From positions 1 through 64,000 of the forward strand of contig JASANG010000440.1 in assembly GCA_030248215.1 (NCBI GenBank): DNA of 64,000 nucleotides, read 5' to 3'. The stretch is from Enoplolaimus lenunculus. Its lineage: Eukaryota. The notes beneath the pieces are model-generated. The model had not been told where the DNA came from. It was given only the letters and a program-made list of their open reading frames with translations, and searched no databases. Shown here piece by piece: positions 1 through 11,600 of this stretch; the first letter of the stretch is position 1, and every line of letters starts with the position of its first letter. The position numbers were made by a program, and so were the translations under genes.

Positions 1-800
1 GTTGTTGTTATTGTCGCTTCTGTTGTTATTGTTGTTGTTGTCGCTTCTGTCGGTATTGTTGTTGTCGCTTCTGTCGGTATTGTTGTTGTTATTGTCGCTT
101 CTGATGTTATTGTTGTTGTTATTGTCACTTCTGTTGTTATTGCTGTTATTGTGCAGTTGTATTTCATCGTTGCCGTCTTTGTTGTGTTTTCATTGTTGTT
201 GTCTGTCGCGGTAGTTTTGTTGTTGTGCGTTGCTGTTATCGCCGTTGACGTGGGTATAATTGCGGTTGTCCTCGTTATCATTTTGTTGGCAATGTTGTCG
301 TCGTCATATTTGTCGTTGGCATTGCCGTCATTGTCGTTGTTGGTGGCGGTGTCGTGTTGCCATTGTTGTTGTGGTCGTTGTCGGTGTTACTGATGTTGCT
401 GCTCTTCTTGTTTCAGTTGTGTCGTGGTTGTAGTCGCTGCGGTCGTTATGTCATTGCACGTTGTGGCGTTTGCAGTACCCACAACAGGAACGCAGAACAA
501 TGGAAATACCTACGAAGACAAAACCGGCCACAATGACGAGAAGAACAATGACAACACCTCGACAACGGCACCAACAGCAGAAGCGATAGTAACAACAACA
601 ACGGCGAAGACGGTGGTATCAAAAATGGTAAAGCAATGACAGGAGCGAGAACGGCAGCAACGACAAAAACGACAAATGCAGCAGTAACGACGGCAAACAC
701 AACAGAAACGATGGCACGACCACAGCGACTACAAGGACGACACAACTGTGACAAGAGTAGCAACAGCAATAAAAACAACAACAACAACGATAACGTCCTC
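1..800. repeat. Low-complexity (GTT/GTC)n tract switching to its complement (AAC/GAC)n at ~475
   Basis: 1-470 is rich in gttgttgtt/gtcg and 480-800 is rich in aacaacaac/gacg. The poly-Leu/Val and poly-Thr/Asn ORFs here are by-products of the repeat. Confidence 0.8.
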
Positions 801-979
801 ATCGACGAACACTGCGCGGTCATTTTTAAAATGATCTTCTTCGCCCAAACGTGCCAATGTACGTTTAGTTAGGCAATTACGCAAGTAACTCAATTTGAAA
901 TAAAACTTGATGCTCATAAATGTTCGTCATGAATTGTCCAACAATTTCTTTAATTAACATTCCACGTTTACATCTGTGC

Positions 980-1554
980 CTACGCCTGAGTGTATGCCAA
1001 AGTCTAAGCCTAAAGCATAAGCCTTAGCCTAAGCCTGAGTGTAGGCCTACGCGTTAGCTTATACCTAAAAGGCCTGAGTCCCAAGGCTGCGTTTCAGTTT
1101 AAACCAAAGCCTAAGCGTAAGTCGTAAGTCTGAAGCTTAAGTCTAAGCCTAAATTCTAAGCTGTCCCCGCCAACTCAGCGAAAGCTCGAGCCTAAGCCTA
1201 AAGCTTTATGTCCTAAATTAAGCCTAAGCCTAGGCATAGGTATAAACCTAAGCCAAAGCCTAAAGCTTAAGCTTAGGTCAAAGCATAAACCTAATCTCAG
1301 TTTCAAATCTGTTGAAGTTGCTTGTAGCGGTCCAGCTAAAAAGCAGGCTTAAAGTTGTCGAACCTGCCCTGACCTTCCCACTGAAAACATAGGCTCGAAA
1401 CTCGCGTCTGTTCCACCTGATCCAGCCAAAATACAGGTTCGAAATTATTCCGACTGGCCTGCAGAAATATAACCTAAAAAATGTTCTGCCGTTCCAGCAA
1501 TGTGCAGAAGTTGCTGTGCCGTGACTAAACGGACGCCATTAAATAACATGGGCC
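980..1554 (-). repeat. Degenerate telomere-like (GCCTAA)n = (TTAGGC)n tract, ending in a Merlin-like TIR
   Basis: Many aagcctaagc/gcctaa units at 980-1295. The region ends in ...taaataacatgggcc (1554), matching the TIR end of the TTAGGC MITEs elsewhere. No left TIR was found. Confidence 0.65.
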
Positions 1555-2640
1555 GTTGGCGGCATAGTTTTATCAAAAAATATATAAGATGAATCTCATG
1601 AGTGTCTCTCAGACAAAATTAAAAATATTATGTGGGTGTCAGCCAAAAAGTCGGCCAGAACATTAAAGTTAATTGTGTCATCTTGAGGGGCAATGTTCAC
1701 ATATGGTTTGCCAGAAAACCAGCTTCATCAATTTATGCATGGGTATGGGCCTAACGAAGGCAAATTTTTTATAAGCAAAAATATTTACCCATGGGTTTTG
1801 TTTATAAATCTTTCGGCCTTTGTCTATGAATGTAATGTATGTTTCTGCGTTTATGTCAAAAATGTGTGGTGGTACTGTATACATATTTTTGTTTTGTTTG
1901 TGCCGCATTGATATTTCTGTACAGTTAAGTGTTTGCATAATATTTTGTATTAATATTTAATTGACTGAGCCTAGAAACATCTACGATTGCTTGAATTGCT
2001 AAAACCTGAGTACTAAAAACAGAGTTGTCCCGAGCCTAGATTCTTTACCGAAGCCAGGATATAGGGCCCGGTACATATGACAGGGTCGTAGCTCGCGCTA
2101 ACTGGGGCCAACAAATCATTGTGAACGAATGTTTTCCGTGTTGTTAAAATAGCCGTTTGCAGTTTAACCTAACGTAAATGAATAGGAGTAGTCACATTGA
2201 TAAGATTTTTGCATGACAGAAATAACAGACTTTATTCAGCTTTGTTTGAATTGCTATCGCCTTGTTATAAGGTTGTGCAACATTTCGTGTGCAATTCTGG
2301 ATATAATCAGAGTGGGACTTTACCACTTGGGTAAAAAATTACAGTTTTTACACGTGCCAAACCTTTAAGAGTTAACTTGCGAAACATAAGCGATTATGTA
2401 AGTTAGTCTGTGATTGTTGAAAAAGCAAAAGTTGTGTGCTCAGATTAGTTGGGTTTGAAATTGTTGTTTCTAGCAAGCTCTTTCATGCGTTACATTCATA
2501 AGAGCTATAACGCAAAACTTCATTAAAGTGCAAATCATCAGCGATCTTTAAAATACTGGTCTATGTTCAGGAATGGGTAAAAGGTGGGTCATGGTTTGAT
2601 CTTTTTAGCGTGAATAAACCCGCGCTTAAAAGAAATTCTG

Positions 2641-3017
2641 ATTTTTCTGTGTAAAGCATGGATCGGGCAAAAAACGTTTACCCACATCCCATACTCTGCA
2701 TATAATGCTTTGTGATATATACTGCTAATTAACTATACTTTTTGATATATACTGTGTGCCGTATTATTTTCCTGTGTAAATGCGTGGATCGGGTAAAAAA
2801 CCTTTATTCACATCCCATACTCTGCATATAATGCTTTGTGATATATACTGCTAATTAACTATACTTTTTGATATATACTGTGTGCTGTATTATTTTCCTG
2901 TGTTAATGCGTGGATCGGGTAAAAAACCTTTATTCACATCCCATACTCTGCATATAATGCTTTGTGATATATACTGCTAATTAACTATACTTTTTGATAT
3001 ATACTGTGTGCCGTATT
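2641..3017. repeat. 126-bp tandem repeat, 3 copies
   Basis: catcccatactctgcatataatgc recurs at 2685, 2811 and 2937 (period 126). Confidence 0.92.
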
Positions 3018-3258
3018 TGAGACGGGTGGAAACAAAGAGTAGTTTTTTGTATCATTTTTATAACACGAAATGAATAACCAGCATCATCGGTCAGTTAATT
3101 TTATTGAAACGGTACCACGGCACTGAGTATAGAGTGAATTAAAATCGTGTGTTATGTTTAATCAGTACCTTTTCCAGCTCCGGTGAAAATTGATTTTTAT
3201 CGCCGTTCCCTGTTTGATACGCAATTTCTCAAAAATTATATATAACTTAATACTACTA

Positions 3259-6200
3259 GAGTGTAACCGGAAGTGTAAAATACCGGAGCCGAAGGTCAAC
3301 GAAACTTGCCGGAGCAGGAGGTGAGGCGAAATTATGTAGTAAAAATGATAGTTAATTTATATAGTTAATTTTAGCCAATATATCTCCAATGTTGTTAAAT
3401 TGTTTGGTTTTACGGTAATATTTTTGCGAAATTTCGGAAATTCTTTCATGAAAATTGTGACAAAAGTAAAACGAAACCCGGTTAATAGATCAATTTTGCA
3501 AAATTATGCAAAGTTTACTACCGAAATTGCCGGAATCGCCGGCAAAAATTTTACCGGAGCCACATGCAGACCTCCGGTCGTAACCTGGTGTTAGTGCATA
3601 GAAGGGTGCAACTGGAGGTGAAAAATACCGGAGCCGGATGTCAACGAAACTTGCCGGAGCCGGAGGTGAGGCGAAATTAATTAGTAAAAATGATGGTTAA
3701 CACCTTCTCACATTGAGTTGCCTATAGGCAACTCAGCGCAGTGTATATACGTTAAATGATATATATCGCACCGTGTTGAACAATTGCAACACGTATATAT
3801 ACATAGTATTAAATCACCACAAGATGTGAGAGCCCCCTCGGGCTCGAGCGTCAAGCTCCTATAGCTGAGTGGTGATGGTATATGTCTCGCACTCCAGTCA
3901 CTGAAGTTCGAATCCAAGATAAATGTAGGTCTCAGGGAAAATACAAAATATTCATGTGAGAATGGGTTAATTAGTTAATTTTAGCCAATATCTGCAAAAT
4001 GTTGTTTCTCTACGCTAATTTTCTGCTAAAATTCGGAAATTCTTTCCTGAAAATTGTGACAAAAGTAAAACGAACCGCGCTACAAAATTTTACTACCGAA
4101 ATTTGCTTAACCTTCGGCAAAAATTCTACCGGAGCTGGAGGCCGGTTTTCTGCCGTACCCGGAGACAGACCTCCGGTTGTACCCTGTTAATTAGATAATT
4201 TTAGCGAATACCTGCAATATTTTGTTCAAAGCAGATTGGTTTTACGCTAATTTTTTGCGATATTTCGGAAATTCGTTTCTCAGAATTGTGCCAAAAGTTA
4301 AAACAAAACGCGTCAAACATAAATTTTGGAAAATTTCACTGCCGAAATTGACGGAACCTCCGGTAAATTTCTACCGAAGCTTTAGGTCTATTTTCTGCCG
4401 GTGGCAGACCTCCGGTTGTACTTCACTATCCGTTTCAGTTTTATACTAAAAACTTTGTGTCAATTAAGTGATGGTCATCGGCTATTTTTTGATATCCGGC
4501 AATCAGGGTACAATTGGAATTCCGGTTCCGGTAGGAACCGGTACTTTTCAGTATCCGGTTCCGGTAATAATTCCGGTATTTTTCATCGGTATTGAAAAGT
4601 GTCCTCGTTTGAAAATTTAAGAGAAATTGGCATATTATTCGAACTAAAATCAGCATGGTGCAACCGGAGGTGACAAATACTGGAGCCGGAGTTCAACGAA
4701 ACTTGCCGGAGCCGGAAGTGAGGCGAAATTAAGTAGTAAAAATGATGGTTAGTTAATTTTAGCCAATATATGCAAAATGTTAAGTTGTTTGGCTTCACGC
4801 TAATTTTCTGCCTTCGGAAATTCTTTCCTGAAAATTGTGACAAAAGTAAAACGAACCGCGCTACAAAATTTTACTACCGAAATTTGCTTAACCTTCGGCA
4901 AAAATTCTACCGGAGCTGGAGGCCGATTTTCTGCCGTAGCCGGAGGCAGACCTCTTGTTGTACCCTGTTAATTAGATAATTTTAGCCAATACCTGCAATA
5001 TTTTGTTTATATAAAGCAGATTAGTTTTACGCTAATTTTTGCGATATTTCGGAAATTCTTTTCTCAGAATTGTGCTAAAAGTTAAAACAAAACGCGTCAA
5101 ACAAATAAATTTTGGAAAATTTCACTGCCGAAATTGACGGAACCTCCGGTAAATTTCTACCGAAGCTGGAGGTCCATTTTCTACCGGTGGCAGACGTCCG
5201 GTTGTACCGGCTGTTAATTAGATAATTTTAGCCAATACCTGCAATATTTTGTTCAAAGCAGATTGGTTTTACGCTAATTTTTTGCGATATTTCGGAAATT
5301 CTTTTCTCAGAATTGTGCTAAAAGTTAAAACAAAACGCGTCAAACAAATAAATTTTGGAAAATTTCACTGCCGAAATTGACGGAACCTCCGGTAAATTTC
5401 TACCGAAGCTGGAGGTCCATTTTCTACCGGTGGCAGACGTCCGGTTGTATTTCGCTATCCGTTTCAGTTTTATACTAAAAACTTTTTGTGTCAATTAAGT
5501 GATGGACATCGGCTATTTTTCGATATCCGGCAATCAGGGTGCAATTGGAATTCTAGTTCCGGTAGGAAAATCCGGTATTTTTCAGTATCCGGTTCCGGTC
5601 ATAATTCCGGTATTTTTTCACCGGCATTTTCAGTATTGAAAAAATTGGCATATAATTCAAACTTTTATCTCTAAAATTGTCCGAGCGTATATATATTGCC
5701 AAAATTTTCAATCGGCTCCGGTAGGATTTTTGCCGGCGGTTCCGGAGATTTCGGTAGTACAATTTTGCAAAATTTTATCTATTTAACGCGTTTCGATTGA
5801 TTTTGTCACAATTTTCAGAAAAGAATTTCCGAAATAATCCCATGAAATTAGCGTAAAACCAAACAACTTAACAACATATGACAGATATTTGCTATAATTA
5901 ACTATAGTTACCAACATTTTTACTGCCGAATTTCGCCTCAACTCCGGCTCCGGCAAATTTTGTTGGCCTCCGGCTCCGGCATTTTTCACCTCCGGTTGCA
6001 CCCTGCTATAGCAAATTTTGTTGGCCTCCGGCATTTTTCACCTCCGGTTGCACCCTGGTATAGATTTCTGTTTTCATCGTAGAAATAACGGGGATCCTAA
6101 AATCAGCAGGGTGCAACCGGAGGTGACAAATACCGGAGCCAGAGTTCAACGAAACTTGCCGGAACCGGAGGTGCAGCAGGGTGCAACCGGAGGTGACAAA

Positions 6201-7535
6201 TACCGGAGCCGGAGTTCAACGAAACTTGCCGGAACCGGAGGTGAGGCGAAATTAATTAGTAAAAATGATGGTTAATTAGTTAATTTTAGCCAGTATCTGC
6301 AAAATGTTTCGTTACGCTAATTTTCTGCTAAAATTGGGAAATTCTTTCCTGAAAATTGTGACAAAAGTAAAACGAAACGCGCTACAAAATTTTACTACCG
6401 AAATTGCCGGAACCTTCGGCAAAAATTCTACCGGAGCTGGAGGCCGGTTTTCTGCCGTACCCGGAGACAGACCTCCGGTTGTACCCTGTTAATTAGATAA
6501 TTTTAGCGAATACCTGCAATATTTTGTTCAAAGCAGATTGGTTTTACGCTAATTTTTTGCGATATTTCGGAAATTCGTTTCTCAGAATTGTGCCAAAAGT
6601 TAAAACAAAACGCGTCAAACATAAATTTTGGAAAATTTCACTGCCGAAATTGACGGAACCTCCGGTAAATTTCTACCGAAGCTTTAGGTCTATTTTCTGC
6701 CGGTGGCAGACCTCCGGTTGTACTTCACTATCCGTTTCAGTTTTATACTAAAAACTTTGTGTCAATTAAGTGATGGTCATCGGCTATTTTTTGATATCCG
6801 GCAATCAGGGTACAATTGGAATTCCGGTTCCGGTAGGAACCGGTACTTTTCAGTATCCGGTTCCGGTAATAATTCCGGTATTTTTCATCGGTATTGAAAA
6901 GTGTCCTCGTTTGAAAATTTAAGAAAAATTGGCATATTATTCGAACTAAAATCAGCAGGGTGCAACCGGAGGTGACAAATACTGGAGCCGGAGTTCAACG
7001 AAACTTGCCGGAGCCGGAAGTGAGGCGAAATTAAGTAGTAAAAATGATGGTTAGTTAATTTTAGCCAATATATGCAAAATGTTAAGTTGTTTGGCTTCAC
7101 GCTAATTTTCTGCCTTCGGCAATTCTTTCATGAAAATTGTGACAAAAGTCAAACGAAACGCGCTAAATAGATAAATTTAGGAAAATTATGCAAAATTTTA
7201 CTACATATTTGGCAGGGTACAGCCGTAGGTCTGGCTCCGGCAAAAAATCTGTATCCGGCTACGGTAGAATTTTTGCCGGATTGTTCCGGCAATTTCGGTA
7301 GTAAAATTTGGTACAAGTTTGCAAAACGTATCTGTTTAGCGCGTTTCGTTTTACTTTTGTCGCAATTTTCAGGAAAGAATTTCCGAAATTTCGCAGAAAA
7401 TTAGCGTACGTATCTGTTTTTTACAACATTACAGATATTGGCTAAAACTAAATCTTTTTCACTACATTTCGCCTCAGCTCCGGCAATTTCGAAGACCTCC
7501 GGCTCCTGTATTTTTCACCTCCAGTTGCACCCTGT
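3259..7535. mobile_element. Compound array of hAT-like MITEs (TIR CAGGGTGCAACCGG) in both orientations, with an internal segmental duplication
   Basis: Repeated gggtgcaaccggag...ccggttgtaccctg units. Segment ~3970-4860 recurs at +2302 (identical ORFs 4222-4449/6524-6751 and 4401-4595/6703-6897). A related copy at 40447 has an 8-bp TSD. Confidence 0.8.
3701..3966. mobile_element. piggyBac-like MITE (TTAA TSD) carrying a tRNA-like A/B-box cassette
   Basis: ttaa|caccttctcacat...atgtgagaatggg|ttaa. The empty site atgatggTTAAttagtt occurs in the host paralogue at ~6265-6281. Internal TAGCTGAGTGG...GTTCGAATCC at ~3861-3915. Confidence 0.75.
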
Positions 7536-8216
7536 TATCTGGCAACTCTTCGTTGCAGAGACGCTGCAATTATTCGAAAAAAATAAAATTTCGAATTCAT
7601 ACAAAAAAGTTAAGTATATATTTCGATGCATCCGCTACATTTTCTGCATTATTTTAGAAAGCCCTATGAATATTTGGAAGCCTCAATTGTGTTTCCAGAA
7701 AAATACAACATCTTCAAAACTTTGGCCCATGTATCGAACGGGGCCGAAACCGAAATATATCAGGTGAGCATCTATAACCGAATCTGAAACTTGTCTATCA
7801 GCAAGGCCTGTAAACTACACATGCTGGTAGTTTTGGCTAAATTTTGGACATCACAGTCCAGGGGTAGGACAGTAGCCAGTTTAGCTTGCGAGCAGGGTGA
7901 AACCGGAATTCCGGTTCTCCGGCATTTTCACCTTCCTGTGCCTGTAAATTCTTACCGGAATTACAAATTCCGGTAATAAAATTTGGTTGGTGGAAATTGA
8001 TGTATTTCACTAGGTGGAAATTAATGTTTTTCACTAAAAATGACGATAAAAATTAAATAGATTTTATTGGTATAGTGTGCATCCCTTGACAATCGCCGAA
8101 AATATAATATCGAAGGTAGATTTCGCTTCCGTGGATTATGAAAATCTCTAATACAGCAGATAAAGTAAATACCTATCTCCAACTAGTGTTATTTCAGCAA
8201 TAATATTGCAAAAAAG

Positions 8217-8367
8217 AGCCAATGTAAAGAACAGGGGCGGAACAGTATATTGTCGAGCATATGCCTTAAAGCTTAAGCCTAAGCGAAGCAAAAAATTAGC
8301 CAAAGCTCAAGCTTAGTCTATTGCAGTCCCACAGGAAACCGATCCGCCCCTGATCTTTACATGTGCT
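8217..8367. mobile_element. Merlin-like MITE family T1 with GCCTAA repeats, nested in a hAT-like element (7892-8490)
   Basis: TIR agccaatgtaaagaacagggg / cccctgatctttacatgtgct; perfect 8-bp TSD caaaaaag. Confidence 0.75.
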
Positions 8368-8658
8368 CAAAAAAGAAAATTAAAATGAATTTTATTTTTC
8401 GGTGGTATGTATTTTTCATTTTCCGGCTCCGTTTCCAGTAATTTTTTCAAATCCCAGTTCCGATAAACGGTAATTCCGGTTGCACTCTGCTTGAGGGAAG
8501 ACGGCTAAAAACTTATCGGGAGGGGCATACAAGGCCTGGCTTGAGCACAGGTCATCAATTGCTTTACTGCTATAAAAACCTTCATTAAATGCTTTGCGAT
8601 AAAACGAGTCGTTGCAACAAAATAAACCGCAGAAAATGCAAATGTTACCGTTTTTTTT

Positions 8659-11600
8659 TTAATTTGTCACATTATTTTGTATCCAGAATTTATATTTCAC
8701 CGTTTTTGAGCAAATGGAACTGGTTCGTGTGAATTCCGCGTGATACCAACCGCGCCAATGACACAACATACTTCCTTTATTTGGGACTGCTGGATTGCAC
8801 AGCATTATTGGCGGATAGACTAATAGTATGCACCCAGGGCTATCAGCAGGAATTAGTTCTATATTCGGGTCCAAGCGATGTTCTGAAATCAGCAATGAAT
8901 GCTTGCTTCCTCCTGTCATCTTATCCATACCTTAAGATGACGCTCTTTGAATTGAATTGAAACTCGTATTTCGTTTGACCTAAATTGAATTGCTTAAATT
9001 GTAGATTATCGCGTTCCCAGCGGCCACGCCGGCTCAATAAAGATAAAAAGTTAACAACGAATATTTTGCTGTTTTTACAAGTCTGAAAGCAGAGAACTTG
9101 TTAGTGCATTAATATATATTTCAGCGAAAAGTTAGCAAAATAAGTTTATAAAATCGGTGCAACCGGAGGTGAAACATACCGGAGGCGGAGGTGTGGCGAA
9201 AATAAGTACTGTATTGACCCGAATAAGAGGGGGACTGATATTTATTTGGCCTCTCCAAAGGGTGCCCCCCTTGTTATTCGGTTACGACTGTTATATATTT
9301 TTAACCCGCGCTCCGCCGAGCTTCGTTACTGATATATATCCGGTAGGTACTGCAACTATCCGTTGAATTAAACGTATATATATTTATTTATCTCGTTTCA
9401 ACAGTTTGAGCGATAACAAAAGGTTATGCTTAGGAATGTACTTTCAAAGCTTAACTACGCCTTAAAGTTTCGAACTCAAATTATTTGGTCCTGGAGTCAT
9501 TTGTGCCCTACAATTAGGGTTAATTGACATTTATGGACTCTAATTAGGGTTTAGGGACTCTATCTGCTTACGGACTCTTATTAGGGATACGGACTCTTAT
9601 TGATTCGGACCTAAAATGGGGACCCCCTCTTATTAGCCCCCTCTTATTCGGGGCAATATAGTAGTAAAAGTGAATGTTAATTAGCTAATGTTAACCAATA
9701 TCTGCAATATGTCGTTATTAAATTGTTTGGTTTTACACGATAATTTTCCGCGAAATTTCGGAAATTGTTTCATGAAAATTGTGAAAAAAGTAAAACGAAA
9801 CGCGCTAAACAATTAAATTTTGCAAAATATGCCAAATTTTACTGCCGAAATTGTCAGAACCTCTGGCAAAAATTCTTCCGTAGCCGGAGTCGGAGGCCGA
9901 TTTTCTGCCGGAGCCGGAGGCAGACCTCCTGTTGTACCCTGGTATATTATATATACTCTATTGCAGTTTCACGAAAAACGAAATCCACTTGAAACTGACG
10001 TGAGCCAAGCAAATGGTTCAAGACTCCCTGTCAGGTTGTTTTGTCATAAATTTCAGTTCACGAATCACTCCGAAGTCATTATTACCTGAATAATAAATGG
10101 CGAATTGAATTCCATCTTCGGCGACGATATGCCACTCCAGCTCTGAGCATTCTTCAGTGACTTGAATCGGAATGACAGTTTTCGAGTAACTCGTGACCAC
10201 TCGGTAATCAAGAGATGCTTCCAAAATCGAATCTTTCGCCTGGTTGTAGTACATTTCGCGAGGAATTGTCAAATTGTCATAAGAATAGACTCGGTCGTCT
10301 GAAAACAGAAAACAACCATATGTTGGTTGCTGTAGGACCGTGCCTAAGGTTCTCCTTGCCTCCTCCAAAACTACCGTCACTTTTAGTAGCGACGAGTGCG
10401 AAAGAGAACGATAATGGCCGAGTGGGATAGAGTGAACATGCACTATTTCGTATGCAAACTGCTCAGAAAAATTTTATTGAGTCCAGTAAGGATTTTAGTG
10501 TTCATTTTGTCGTCCAGCGCCGGGCCTCTGTTGGACCGGATCTGGGTCTTATCCGGAAACCTACAGGAGGCCCTAAACTCGGCGTTCAATTTCGTGCAGT
10601 TGTTTTCAAAACCAACTGCTTTAGTTGAAAAAATAACGAAATTTTTACATAAATTTCACTCGATTGAACTTGAAAATGGATCACAAGTATACTTTAATTG
10701 CAATTTAACGCTGTATGAACCTGTATTTTTTGCGTCTTATGATCTGTAGGAAACGTTAATATTTAAACCTTTTGACTATATTCATTCTGCCTAGTTTTGG
10801 CGGCCCATGTACAGAACAGGGCCGGAACAGTAATATAAGCCTATTCCTAAGCCTAAACCTACGCAAAAAAGTAGTCTATAGCTATAAACTGACTCCGTGA
10901 CAGTGCCGCAGGAAAACGATCCGGACCTGTTCTATACATGGGCCGTTTTGGCATACACGAAACATCGCGTTTCGTTCATTCCGGTTTAGAGATTTAAAAT
11001 GAATAGTCACCGTCAGTGTTTGTGCCGCCCCAAAACTTGGGCAATAATCCACGGTCAATTGCGCTAAATAAATCTTTTCGCCAGTTGGCTTGTGAAAATA
11101 TTTGAATTTTGCTAAAAGTTCCGTTTGACAATACCGGTTGCAATGCTGTTAGTGCCATGTGAACCCATTGGCGTGCGTTGATTATGTAAACTTTATCGAT
11201 TATTTCAACGTAATGTTCCGTTAACTGTCCAACTAACGATGACAGGCTTCCTGTAAAAAAACAACAACATTTTTAATAAATTTTCATAAAACGAGTCGGT
11301 TGATTTGACAAAGAACTGAAAGCATCACAAGTGGACATAAACTCAGAGCTAAATTTTTACAAAAAGTCTTTTAACTGCGTATATCCGAGCTTTGCTTCAA
11401 ATTGGTGTAGGCGAAAAATACCGGAGCCGGAGGTAAACAAAATTTGTCGGATAGAGAGCCGGAAACACTCCCGTACGGTTGTTCCCTGTTACCCAGCCGG
11501 CTTCGACCTACTTCCAGGGTGTAACCGGATGTCTGTTTTCTATTCCGGTATTTTGATCACTATCCGTTTCCGTTTGTGATTCCGTTTTTACAATCCGTTT

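Noticed and set aside
2..917. Hydrophobic poly-Leu/Val and poly-Thr/Asn ORFs
   Set aside because: They are products of trinucleotide low complexity.
980..1295. True telomere or chromosome end
   Set aside because: The repeats are short, highly degenerate and internal.
3400..7976. Repeated 60-110-aa ORFs resembling a small gene family
   Set aside because: They lie within non-coding MITE copies and recur only because the DNA is repeated.
8883..8930. Upstream AAG acceptor / ATG 8928 for the last SEC14 exon
   Set aside because: The in-phase TTTCAG acceptor ending at 8883 is a much better match, though the alternative is not excluded.
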